This document shows, one piece after another, positions 27,876 through 40,280 of a stretch of DNA of 64,000 nt. A program made the translations under genes and the position numbers. The notes beneath the pieces were generated by a model, which was not told the origin of the DNA, made no database searches, and was given only the letters and a program-made list of their open reading frames with translations. The number at the start of each line of letters is the position of its first letter. The first letter of the stretch is position 1. Source of the DNA: the human T2T-CHM13v2.0 reference genome, Homo sapiens; NCBI RefSeq assembly GCF_009914755.1, contig NC_060933.1. One strand, given 5' to 3'.

Positions 27876-30800
27876 AAGAGAAAATGGCTATTCTGAGAGA
27901 AATGGCATGTGTAGATGAACATTTTCAGTACTGTAAAAGAATCAAAATCTGTAAATTCCTTAAAAGGTAAAAGTTACAAGTGCCTGTGGAAATTAGAAAA
28001 ATGAAGAATTTGGCATGAGTGACAACTCTTTTCTCTACCCTCCATGTCCTCTTATGTCCTCTTTTCTGGAATAAAAGCAATTTCAGAAAATACGCCAAAA
28101 CCATACTGAAGAGTAATTAGTACTTAACATTTAAAGTTTATCTCCAAAAAGTACATCTGCTGGGTCTAGCACATCGCCTATGCATGATGACTGCTCCCTC
28201 AGCAATACACATACAAAGAAAGTGACTTTCTGCTTCTAAATGAATGGTAATAATGATAAATCATGAGGAGGTTTTTACGGCTAGTTCCTTTTTAGGTTCA
28301 ATAGTGACATTTCGCTTTTATCTAATTCTTGGATTGACTTCTGGTTTGGCTCACATTATTCTAGTGGATTCTCTCATTCTTCTCTTCTCCTAATTAAAGA
28401 CTATCTTAACTAAGGCAAAGACTAGACTTTGAATCAGGGTGGCATTTTGGCATCAAAAGAATGAAAACCAAGCTTTTCATTGCTAACATAATCCATTTTT
28501 TACTGAGTGGGTAATTGTTTGGGGCCATTACTACTTCCTGTCCTACAAGGGAAACTTGAAAGACAAATCTTTGGGAGAAAACCACATGTGGATAAAGTAG
28601 AGCAAGATGCTGTGATAATAGTTTGGTGGAAGTGGTCACTGGGGAGAAAGAATTGGAACAGCTACTCTGGCATGAGTCTCTCTGCAGACTCTTGGAGCCA
28701 GTGCTCTGCTACGTGTTGGGCTGTCTCCGCGGCATGCTGTCACTTGAGAGTGGCATTGTGGAACCTCTTTTGCCTTGGGTGGAGGATTAAAGGATGTCCC
28801 CACCTACTCCTTTCTCATGGGATCCCTGGAGGTGGGGCAACCCTGCAGACCTCATCTGGACAAAAGAGGGAGTGTCCTACTGAACATTAGTGAAAGGAAT
28901 TAGTGTTCTGCAACCTGTCACTCTACCTTCAGTGACCTCCCTAACAAGGGCCTGCCAATATCCAGGCAAGGAAGTATGCCTTTTGAAATGTCCTCTTTCC
29001 CTTTGCTCTGTCATGAGAATCTATGCCTGTAAGTAGTTTGTCAGGAACAAAATTTCCTACAATGATTATCCAATATTCTCTTTTCATTTCCTTCACAAGC
29101 TTTATATTACTGTCTTGTATTCACTTCAGAATCTTAGTATTTAGCTTATTTAGAGAGATAAACAAATATTATGATGATGACAACAGCCAATAAACAAATG
29201 GTAAAAACAGCAGAGGCCTAAGTACAAGAATTAATTAACAAGAAACAGGCAACAGGCCCAGCTGTCTTGAGCAATTCTGAAGGCATAACTTGAAACATGG
29301 AAGATGTTCAAAGGACGACTTAAGTGCAGGAAAAAACAGCACGTGCTGTTCACATGTACACTACAGATGTGAGCTTTGTCAGCAGCTTCTCTCTCTTTTT
29401 ACGGTAAATCTGGTGTTCGTATTACAAGATCACATCAATTATGTCAAATTTAAAAATGCCACGTGACCTAAGAGAGCTAGAGGGAGAAGTTCCACTGGTA
29501 AAGGCATTGAGGATAATTTTGTTAGCTTAATCTTAGCATCATGTGATGTTTTGTTCTGCTGTGCAGTTGTGAGGCTAAACCTATTTGTGCTTTTGTATAA
29601 CACATGGTGTTATATTGAGACTTTTCCTATTTGCAAAGAAACTCCCTTCACCTCCCAATTAAGAAATAACAAAGGATGTATATTGAATGGAAACCATTTA
29701 TAAGTAGTATGATCATATAGTTGTTCACACCACGTCACTTTTGAAAATGAAAGAAGATGCTGTTAATAATTTTGCTGAGACAATAGGCAGAAATGAAAAC
29801 TGTCGCAGGAAAGTCAGAATGTATAGTTCCTTGAATTATAAGGCCAGAGTAGAGAGGCTAGATTTGCATCAATCTTCAGAAGATAACAAAGGTTATCAGA
29901 TTTCAACTTCATAGCTTAGTGTATTTTGGGAGAGATGACTTCATTCACAGTACAGTCAATTTTATTATATTTGGTCAGTTAAGAATGAGTAGTTAATGAT
30001 ATATTTCTGTCCACTGCAAACTTTTCCTCGGTTCCTTACAAAAATAGTTAACAAATTATTTATTTTTAAAATTGACAAAAAATAAAAAATCCTTTTTTTT
30101 CCTTATCCTCTTGTGTCTATACACTTGATTTTATTTTCCTTCAACATTTGTTCCTCTTAATAGAGAGTACCAGAATATAAGAGTTATTTTCCTTCTAGCT
30201 CTCCAGCATACCTGACTGATAGTGGCCGAGTGTCTCACTGCAGTAGGCATGGGGCTTGCAGTCAGAGCCTCTAGAATGATATCCTATGCCTTCCAAAAGT
30301 TACAGCAGCTGATTTCTGTGGAGGTGAAAACCTACAGTGCTCTTTTTTGTTCAACCATCCATCCAGTTGTTCACCAATAAATGGGGGCAGGAAATCTCCT
30401 TTTTAGGTCCCTGAGAGCAATGCATATGGTCACAAAGCTTTGGCTTCTCTTTCATCTCACCGAATGCTGAATCCAAGCCATCAGCACATGATGACCTTCC
30501 ACAGTTCAGGGAAACATCACTTGGTTAGGCTGAGACCCAATCTGTGCAATCCACTTAATGAAGAAGTAGAAAACTTCCCTCAATGCTGAATAGGTTCAGT
30601 TTGACCTCTCTATCTTGAACTTTGGTCTCTTTCATTATTTCAAATGTAGACAACGTGGTCGATGGCACACAATTGCTGACCATCTTACAAATTGAGAGAC
30701 ATATGGCCTCTGAAGCATCGTGGAAGGACTACTCAGGATGACAGATAATTTTCTGTTGGCTACTCTTGTCCCAGAGCAATTTGATAGTGCTGACTTTTTG

Positions 30801-31839
30801 GTGCACCTGGAAATACTTCTCATCTAAACTTCAACCCTGACTAACCTCGTGCCCAATGCTGTACCTTGAGACTTCTAGGGCTTCATCTCCAAGGGCCACC
30901 TTTTCAAAGAAGCTGTCCTCTTGGCTGGAGAGAGGAAATTCTGTGACTTTCTTTTTAGACTTTCTGAAAGCTAAAAACAGCAAAGGAACATTCAAACTTA
31001 GACATAAATAATTCAACACAGATTTTCCTTGAGTTTCATAACCAATATTAGTTTCTTTCTCTTTCTTGTCACTGCTCCCATGTCCTTTACTGGGAGGAAT
31101 AACCTTCCCCTTATACCTGCCATCGACTTGATCTGGTAGAATATTTGGGGCAGCAGCAAATAAAAATTGATGATAACCTCACTGGCTACAACCTTTTGTG
31201 GCCTCCTAAAATGCTTATAGGATTCTCCTTCCATTTTATGTTACGTGTCATCGGGTTTGATTTTTTTCTAATTTTTTTTTAAATGATGGTTTATTACAGT
31301 GTGTTACTGGGAACATTTCCCTCCCAAAGAAAAAGCATGGTTGTAATAAAGAAGGACTGACACAACTTTTGTGAAGGCTTTTCTGCATTAGTGCTGGGCC
31401 TCAGCCATCAGATCTCTGCCAGTTCTTTCTTTGTGGCATTAGTAATGTGGGTAACCAAATATATTCCCTCTCGCATTTTGAGTTTCTTTTTATAGTTAAC
31501 AGATTAATGAAATATAAATAATTATAAAAATGTGGGTATGGAAGCTAAGAGGAAGAATAGAAACTGCCTCCATTTCATCAATCTGCAATGAACTCTTTCC
31601 TTTTATAGATTACCTGTCAACTCAAACATCATTAAGAAATTCTGCATGACTCAGTGAGAAAGATTTTGAACTAATTCTTTAAAAGGAAGGTACACTTTTC
31701 TTGGAAGGGGAGACTATCATTCTATGTATTTTCTATTTCATAGACATCAGAGTTTCCTAATTTTTTCTTTTTTCCTTAATTCCCTTCTTCTTTTCTTTTC
31801 CTCCTCTTTTTGTCTTCTTCCTCTTTTCCCTCCTTGATT

Positions 31840-32270
31840 TTCATAATTACTGACGTCCTGTTCTGTGCCAGAAATTCTACTTAGTGCAACAAGAGGATGG
31901 GGTGTGAATACAAGGATGAGAAGTCTACAGTGCTGCCAGTAAGGAGTTGTCAAGAGAGTAAGTGAAAAACAGCAATGCAGTTGTGTCAAATGCAATCCTA
32001 GAAGCTGTGCAGGGCACGACAGGTGCTCAGAGCAAGGGTTGGGTGGGAAGAGCAGGGCAAACTTTGTCCCACATTGGGGATGTTTTTACTGAGAAGGTGA
32101 CTTTTGAGATGGATTTTGATCGAAGAGTAGGAGCTACCAAAAGTTGAGAGACAGAGTTAAAGAAGAGGAAGACATCACGGCCAACTGATGCAGCAAGAGA
32201 AAATGTTGCTGAGTAAGAGGGACATAACATTTAAGAAGAGGCAACTTGGAATGCTGAGGGTATTTCCAGT
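31840..32270 (-). mobile_element. L2 fragment
   Basis: attactgacgtcctgttctgtgccag..gagaaggtgacttttgagatggattttga..aagagtaggag. Confidence 0.6.
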
Positions 32271-32769
32271 GAAAGGAGGAGCAGGGGCAAAGGACTGTTT
32301 TTTGGATTGAGGGGTACACTAACAGTTATTTTAAGTCATTGCTGATGCTTGTAACAATTAGGAAAAGTTTCTATACTTATAAATGTTTCATTCAAGGGGG
32401 AATTGAGACTTGAAGCCAAAGTCTTGGAGCTATTAAATGGCAGAGTCAGGACTCAGTGTTTCATAAGACTGACTCCCTAACCAATCCTCACCTTCTACAC
32501 CAGTACAACAGGAAGTAGGGACCCGGAGGGCCAAGAACAGACCTTTAAAAATCACTTATTGCACCAGGTGGCAAACTGACTCCAAATCACCATGACACAG
32601 AGCTCTAGGAACTCACTATTTCCAAAGAAACTCAGAACTAATAGATCACCAACTTTGTAGCCTCATCTCCCTGGCTTGCATAAGATACCTCTAGCTTTAT
32701 TTGGCATGTGCTAGACAAGGAAGACAGGTAGAATTTTCTGAGGCCATTTGAATGCTGTTAGTAGATCTT

Positions 32770-33181
32770 GTCAGGGCTGAGTAGCTGATGCTGGGGTGAA
32801 AAATAACTTCCAAATATTAATTTGTTAACACACAAAACATTTCCTTATCACTCATGCACATGTCCACCAGGGGCTGGAGGAGTGCCTTCCTCCATACAGT
32901 TGTCAATCAAGGGCTCAGGTGGAGAGAGATCACACCACCATTTTAGGACACTGACTTTTCAACACAGCGTGTTGGGATTTGCTTCAGCAAGACAAGGATG
33001 TGCTGGGAGGTGAGTGTGGGCACGTAAATGCTTTGGCCTGGAAGTGATGCACATCACTTCTGCTCACATTTTGTCATATAAAACCAGTCATATGGTCACA
33101 CAACTTCAAAGGAATGAGGGATTGTAATCCTCAATGTACAGGGAAGGAAGAGATTGGCATGTATGAGGGATGTCTGCCACA
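32770..33181 (-). mobile_element. MLT1J-like MaLR LTR
   Basis: taaatgctttggcctggaagtgatgcacatcacttctgctcacattt..ccagtcatatgg..tctgccaca. Confidence 0.75.
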
Positions 33182-33292
33182 GGGGTCTAGAAATATATAC
33201 TCCAATATATTTTCTCTAAGACTTTAAGGTATAATCAAAATTCAATGCTAGATGCCTCTAGAGCCGTCACTGCTCCTGTTTCTATTTGTTTT

Positions 33293-33474
33293 TTGCACTG
33301 TTTAATACAGTAGCCACATGTAGCTTTTAAAATAAGAACAAAATAAAACATTTAGTTCTTCAGTTGCACTGCATTTCAAGTCCTCCGTAGCCACAAATGG
33401 CTAGATGCTACCATTATGGAAAGTACAGATGTAAAAGAATTCTATCATTGCCAAAAGCTCTGTTGGACACTGAT
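33293..33474 (-). mobile_element. MER3 (hAT-Charlie)
   Basis: gcactgtttaatacagtagccacatgt..catttcaagt..tagccac..atggctag.tgctacc..aaagctctgttggaca. Confidence 0.8.
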
Positions 33475-33482
33475 GTCTAGAC

Positions 33483-33705
33483 CGGAGGTCAGCAAACTTT
33501 TCTGAAAAAGGCCAAATGGCAAATATTTTAGACTTTGCAGGACAAACAGTCTCTGTTATAGCTACTCAACTCTGTAGTTGTAGTGTGAAAGCATTCATGG
33601 GCAATGTATAAGCAAATAAGCATAGTTGTGTTCTAATAAAATTTTGTTTAAAATGCAGGTAGCAGGTGGGATTTGGCCCATGGGCCATTTGTTTCCCAAG
33701 CCCTG
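33483..33705 (+). mobile_element. MER58A (hAT-Charlie)
   Basis: C.GAGGTCAGCAAACTTTTCTG.AAAAGGCCA..GCTACTCAACTCTG..GATTTGGCCC..GGGCC..CCCTG; TSD GTCTAGA(C/T) at 33475-33482 and 33706-33713. Confidence 0.88.
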
Positions 33706-34112
33706 GTCTAGATCAATGGTCTCCAGAGGGATGACAGCCATTTTTACAAGACCATTCAATGAATATGGTAGGAAAACATCAGAACTTCAGTTTATATTTA
33801 CATTATGAAAAAGAATCCAGTAATCTCTACTTGTCTCCATGATCCCAGTTGGCATTGGTTCCTTCTGTCTGGGTCCATTTGTTGGCTGGTCACATGTGAC
33901 ATATGTTAGTTGAGAGTTCCACAACCCAGGGTTGTGTACTGCGGTGGTCATAGGCATTTTTTTCCCTTTTCCTAATGCATTGTGACATAATATAGCCTAT
34001 ATAGCCTAGTTTTGTAATTTTATAAATTAAATTACCTATAATAATAGGTTTCTGTTGAATAAACTAACCCTCCATGTGATTAAAACTTTTTCTGAGCGAC
34101 ATGACTGAGTAT

Positions 34113-34696
34113 TGTGCTATCGTCTCTTGCCTCACTCTGCCCTGTGACTCAGGGCTTGGGTCTCCACAAGCCACAGTTCTGCCTTGTCACTTGGTTCCCT
34201 ATGTCGAATTCTGTCAACCTGAAAGGTAGGAGAAGAGAGCAAGAGTTTGTTCCTTCCTACTTGTCGGCTGCTTTTGCTGTTGTCACCCCAGTTGGTTCCA
34301 AAAGCCGTTGGTTCCAGTTCTCAGCTTCTTTCCACACTCAGAAACTCCAATGTGGCAGCTCCAGCCAGGCTGTGCTCCCTCCTTGGAGGTCTGAGCCCTA
34401 CCCTGTGGGCTCCTCCTTTGAGCACCTGAGGAAACAGCACCAATACCTCTTCAGGGATCTGGGTCCCAAGACACCCAGCCTCCCCCAGGCTTTGGGGTCT
34501 GTTAACCCCGACTTCTTCCCTTTGATTTCCTGCCCTGGGAGTGGAAGCTGCTTCCTAAGTTAATGTGGTCTCTGAGACCACAGCGTCCCCTTTCCCCTTT
34601 TAAGTCCTAAATGCCTCTTGAGCCAATTTCCTTTATTAAATTATCTGTCAAAATAACTAGAGTGGTTTGTTTGTTGCTTGGGCCCCACCTTATACA
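34113..34696 (+). mobile_element. Old ERVL LTR (LTR33/LTR41 group) nested in Charlie7
   Basis: TG start; GC-richer block in AT-rich DNA; 3' ccaatttcctttattaaattatctg..aaataactagagtggttt..ATACA. Confidence 0.6.
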
Positions 34697-35199
34697 GACA
34701 CTATAAAATACAGGTTAATCATGTAAACATCAGGTAACAAGAAAAGGGTGGTGCTGACAATATGAAAACCACAATGATCTAATCATAGAAGTAATATGTT
34801 GAAAAAGGAAGCTTGGAAAATCACTACTGTTAAGGATAAATCTCACCTCTGGTTTATATTGTGCTTTGGATATGAATTAATGACAATAAGAAGATGAAAC
34901 AATTACCAAGACAATTAAAAACAAAGCAACCAAAACATAAGGAAAAACCTGTAGCATGTTCAAGGATATTTAAAATCATGAGTTATTCAATCTTTTACTA
35001 AAATTTACTGAACTTCATCTTAAATGTTTAGAAGCAACTTTTGAGGTTTAAAGGATAGCCTTCTGAGTGCAGGCAGCATTTTTCAATTTGGTTTAATGCA
35101 ATACCCTAAGAACTTAGAAAAGTATGTGGCATGTAGTAGACAATCAATGTATGTATTAAATGAATAAATAACATAGTAATGAACAGTGAAAAACAATAA

Positions 35200-36566
35200 T
35201 TTTACATGCCAGTGGGAAATACCTTATTCTTATAGTTATGGTGAAAATGGCTAACACTGTGTTTGGCAAACAATATGGCAATAAACTAAAATGCATTCCT
35301 TTGCCAGCAAATGCTATTGGAAAGCTCAGAGAAAACACGGCTGATCATTTGAAGAAACAAGTATTAGAGTAAACATAGAACGTTTACTATATAGCTGCCT
35401 CAAGGTACAGCTGGCTTGATCATGTCTCAGTTTATAGTATTTATTAGGCTTTGTTTCATTAAAGAACATAAAAAAAAACTACTCTGCGACCCAAAAAAGA
35501 AGGAAGTATCAAATAAGATGCTTTTTGTAGATTAACTGACTTCTTTAAAACAATTTTCTGGAAAGGCTGGGTGAGTATAGCTGCTTTGACTGGAATTTTA
35601 AAAAGAAAGGATTCTGGAAGTAAAATCACAGAGTAAGAATCATGAGGGCAATTCATTTCCTGCAAAATGCATAAGCAGAAATATTGCAGGGAAGAAGTTG
35701 AAGCTGAATATAACCAAAGTGCTACATGGTTCATTGATGTGGTTAATTTTTTTCTTTTTAAAATAAGACTTTGAAATATTGCATCTTTACAGTGTTTGTA
35801 ATGAGATGAAGAGTGGCCATGAAAATAGTTTTAACCACATGTAAGTTTGTTCTTGATCATGTGGCAAATTATTTAAAAGAGAAGTAAACCCGAAAGATAA
35901 GTTACACTTTATTGTTTTACAAACACAGAAATGCTCCAAATTTGCTGACCTTTCATATGATAACAATTGGTTTTCTTTAGTACATTCCCTAGAAGATATT
36001 TTAAAAACATACACTTTTAATTAGTCTATTCAACATAAGGGTGATATTTTAGTTGTGAATGAGAAAGCAATTGTTTTTCAAAAGATACTCATGTTATGGA
36101 AAGAGCATTTTGAAAAATGGCATTTGGAAAGGTTATAATTGCTATGTGATTTTGTTGAGGAAAATGGTCTGAGATTCTATCAACATAACATTTGAAAAAT
36201 ATTCTGACTCTTTGAATCATATTACTGATGCTCAAAACAATTTTTTAAACTAAGACTGTTACACTTGCTAATTAATTTGTAGAAACAAATGCCTGCATTT
36301 AGGGAATACATAAATTTGCCAGCTAAATATCCACACAACCTTTGCCTAATTGAAGGATGAAGACTGAAAGATATGTCAGATTTTAGCAAGTGTGGGTAGT
36401 TTTTCCATTTTGATCTACATACCTTTCTGAGGTAGGTTTTTTATGTCAGACAGCTAAATATTGACATGAGCTTGAGTTTAAATTCAGATATTCTAATTGT
36501 ATCTCAAAGTGTTAAATCTGGATTTTCATAGATAATGAAGCATTTTAATCACCTTGCTCTCACTAA
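35200..36566 (+). pseudogene. Degenerate hAT (Charlie/Buster-type) transposase coding region
   Basis: Manual translation gives MVKMANTVFGKQYGNKLKCIPLPANAIG..ENTADHLKKQVLE (about 35238-35370), AALTGI (about 35580), a degenerate FIHC..H motif region and IDVVNF (about 35650-35750), and a C-terminal PF.STYL.EVGF dimerisation motif (about 36405-36440); many stops and frameshifts. Confidence 0.8.
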
Positions 36567-36639
36567 AAAATTATGTTATATTTTAGTGAGATTAAATGGA
36601 TTAAATGTAGTTTTGTATTATGAAAATAATATATTGAAA

Positions 36640-39600
36640 TATTAATGAAATATTAAAACAGTAGTTTATATTAGATGTCAATAAATTGAAGATACATATA
36701 GTAACTTCTAGGGGAAACTCTGAAATATTAGAATACATATTTAGCAAGCAAATTAGGACAAAAATATAGAATAATATGTAATATGTAGTCAACTGGAAAT
36801 AAGGCAAGAAGAAAAGAAAGAGGATCACAAAGCAAGAGAAACAGGCAGAAAAATAGTAAGATGGGTAGACTTAAACCCAAATACATCGATAATTTTATTA
36901 AATGTATACAGAGAAATACTTCCATGTTGACTGGTTGGATTAAATGCAAAACACAAACATGCTACTCAAAATATAAGGAAACAAAAAGAATGGACACAAA
37001 AATGAGAAAATTCTAAATTTGTATGCTATGCATTAAATTTGCATGCAAAGTATTGTCTCTGTGTCACCATCTTTCAGTATTTCTGTGTGTGTCTCTGCTT
37101 CTATTTATCTCTCTCTCTCTCTCCCTCTCTCTCTCTGACTGTCTATCATCTATCTACCAAAGAGAAATCCTCAAGCATATTAGGAAATTTTAACAGACTT
37201 CTTTCAGTAACTGAAAAAGTAAAAAGGCAAACGTCAATAAGGATATAGAAGATTTATACAATGTCTAACAAATATGATGCAATACTCACATATAGAATCC
37301 TATACTTACAAATGACTGTGCATTTTATTCATGTGCACTTGGTTCACTTACAGAGCTATAAATCAAGTCTCAACAAATTGCAAACAATTTAAAATGTTTA
37401 AATTCCACAGTAGAATTAAACTAGAAATTAATAAAAAGATAGCTAGAAAAATACCTGTATATTAAACACTTCTAAATTATCATGGATCAAAAAGGAAATC
37501 ACAGTGTAAACTAGAAAATATTTTAAAATGAATGATAATAAAAATGACATATCAGAACTTGTGGAATACAGGTAAAGCCATGTGTAGAGAGAACGTACAG
37601 TCTTAAATGCCTGTATTAGAATAAAAAAATGGCTACATATAAATTATGTAAGAGTATTCTCTCAAGATCTCAGCAAAAGAATGGCAAGTTAAACTAAAAT
37701 TTACAGAGGGGAGAAAATAATAAAGGCAAATTTAGAAATAAATGAAATAGGAAATTAATAAATAGAGTAGATCACAAAGCCAATTTTTTCTAGGAGACTA
37801 ATAAAGTTTATAAGTTCTGACAAGTTTTCCAACCATCAAAAGGCAAGACAATATCAGGAATTATAAATGGTGCATCATCATACAACTTAATGCAGTACAT
37901 TTGAAAATTGTGATGTAACAGAAAAATCTGTTGAAAAACACTACCTACCAAAACTGACACTAGAGGAAATAGAAAGTTCTGCATAATCCTTATAAAACAT
38001 TGAAAAAATATGGAAGACCCAAATAAATAGAAGAATATATTGTGTTCATGGATTGGGAGACTCATTATTGTGAAGACACAACTTTCTCAGAGTTGATCTA
38101 TAGATTCAAGACTATATGTATCAAAACCCAGCATTTTTTTTCTTTTTAATGTGTACTTGTATATAAATTAAAAAACTGAATTCTAAAATTCTTTTGGCAA
38201 TACAAAGGACCAAGAACAGCAAAGACAATCTTGAGTACAGTTGGATGATTTTACCTTATATAAAGATTTATAATAAACCTACAGTAATCAAAACAGTATG
38301 ATATTGGCATACAGATATATAATATTCTAATGGATTAGAGTCCAGGATCAGACTCATGAATAAATGTAGACTTTACTTATTCAAAGTTTACACTTCAGGT
38401 CTGTGGAGAAAGAACACTTTTATATTTAATAAATGATGCTTTCTTGATTATATGTCCGTATGAAAAATAGAAGCCTAACTGCTACCTCATACCAATACAA
38501 AAATCAATCCGGGTGGATAGTAGACATAATGATAAAATGATAGAGTTCCTAGAAGGTAATTTAGGAGAAAAACGTTATGACCTGGGAGTAGGCAAAGATG
38601 TTTAAACAAGGCATGAAAAACATGGACTCCAAAGGAAAAGATTGTTAAATTTGTCCATATCAATAGTAAGAATTTCATTGTATAAAAATTCCCTATTTAG
38701 AGACTGAAAAACACAAGTTTCAATTTGAGAGGAGGTATTTGGAACATGGAGAACTGAAAAAGGGCATGTATAATAAATTCCTATGTCAATAAGGAAAAGA
38801 GAGCCCACTGGAAAAAGAAGTGAGAGAACTGTGGCTCTTCACAAAAGATGATGAAAGATAAAGATGTGGAAAGGTGCTGAATCTCATTAGTAAATAGGAA
38901 AATGCAATTTAAAATCACAATATTTAAAATATTGTGAATATTTTAAAATCACAACCATGAGGAAGGCTAAATGTAGAGTTTAATACTAACGAGTTGGTGA
39001 GGACATAGATAGAGCAGTTAGAACTCTCACAGTTGTTGGTAAGAGTGGAAGTTAGTCAACCACTCTGGAAATTGACAATATCTACTATATATGCCTACCC
39101 TGTGACCTTGCGATTTCATTCCTAGGAATATATCCAACACAAATGCATACATATGTTCCTAACAAGATATATAAAATAAATGTTCATAGCAACACTTTTT
39201 TTTTTGTAGTAGAAACTGGAAAGGACCCAAATGTTCATCAATGGTGGGATAAATCTATTGTGATATGCTCATTTAATGAAATGCTATACAATAATGAAAA
39301 TGAATGAAATATTGCTGCATGCAACATGGATTGATCACACAAACTTAAGGTTTTGCAAAAAAAGCTGGACTTAAAGAATAGGTACTGTATACTCAGAAAC
39401 AGCTGAAATGAATCTATGATATTTGGTGTCAGAATATTTGTTATCTTGGAAAAAGAAGATACAGAGGTTTCAATGGGACAAGAGTAGGATTTCTGGGGGG
39501 CAGGAGGTGTTACTGTACTTCTTGACCTGGGTGGTCACTATATGGCTGTGTCCAGTTTCTGATAATTAATCAAAGTATACACTCATGATTTGTGCATTAT

Positions 39601-39640
39601 TTTCTATGTATTTTATTCTTTAAAATGTTAATATCAAAGG
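36640..39640 (+). mobile_element. Old L1M (L1ME-like) LINE-1 with fragmented ORF2 and 3' UTR
   Basis: A-rich strand; aagatgggtagacttaaacccaaata, cagaacttgtggaatacaggtaaagc, tgttcatggattgggagactc, acagtaatcaaaacagtatgatattggc; 3' cttgacctgggtggt..tatacactcatgatttgtgca. Confidence 0.85.
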
Positions 39641-39934
39641 AGAGAAAAGAGAGAACACTAGGCTGTAGAGTGGGCATGTGAATTCTTTTTTGTTCTTGTT
39701 CTTCTCACTAAACAATCCTTGCTTAGTTTGTTCCAGTTATCAGATGTGGATTTGGGTTCTTGGGAAAATGCTATGTATTAGTGATGGTGGTCGGGGGTGT
39801 CTTCTTGGGCTTGATGGATCTATGGCTCCTGGTGGGAGTTCTGGTGAGAGGTTGGGGGCCAGGAGTGCCTGTAGAAAGGAGTTAAGCCTTACTTGGGGGC
39901 TGATCTTTGAGAAGCTGCACTGGGTTCTGGTAGG

Positions 39935-40280
39935 TGCTGCAGTTTGAATATTTGTCCCCTTTTCAACATCATGTTGAAATTTAACTGCCATTTTAACAAT
40001 ATTGAGGTGAGGCCATTAAGAGGTGTTTAGGCCATGAGAGCTCCACCCTCATGGGTGGGATTGTTATTATTACAAAAGGGCAAGTTCAGCCCTTTTTAAT
40101 TCTCTCTTGCCTTCTTGCCTTCTGCCATGTGATGACACAGCAAGAAGGCCCTCACCAGATGCTAGGTGCATAGACGTTGTACTTTCCAGCCTCCAGAATT
40201 GTGAGCCAATACATTTCTGTTCATTATAAATTACCCAGTCTCAAGTATTCTGTTATAGCAGCACAAAACAGATGAAAACA
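39935..40280 (+). mobile_element. MSTC/MSTD-like MaLR solo LTR
   Basis: TGCTGCAGTTTGAATATTTGTCCCC..AAGGCCCTCACCAGATGC..TATAAATTACCCAGTCTCA.GTATTCTGTTATAGCAGCACAAAACAGA; TSD GTAGG at 39930-39934 and 40281-40285. Confidence 0.9.

Larger units (their letters stand above)
33714..36600 (+). mobile_element. Charlie7-like autonomous hAT transposon, decayed and split by an LTR
   Basis: 5' end CAATGGTCTCCA..gaaaacatcagaacttc.gtttatattta immediately after a TCTAGA target; transposase remnants further downstream. Confidence 0.75.

Noticed and set aside
33041-33060. Palindrome GAAGTGATG-CA-CATCACTTC
   Set aside because: Near-palindromic in the recalled MLT1J consensus, so inherited from the repeat.
34114-34563. 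149-aa ORF
   Set aside because: Lies entirely within an old GC-richer LTR.
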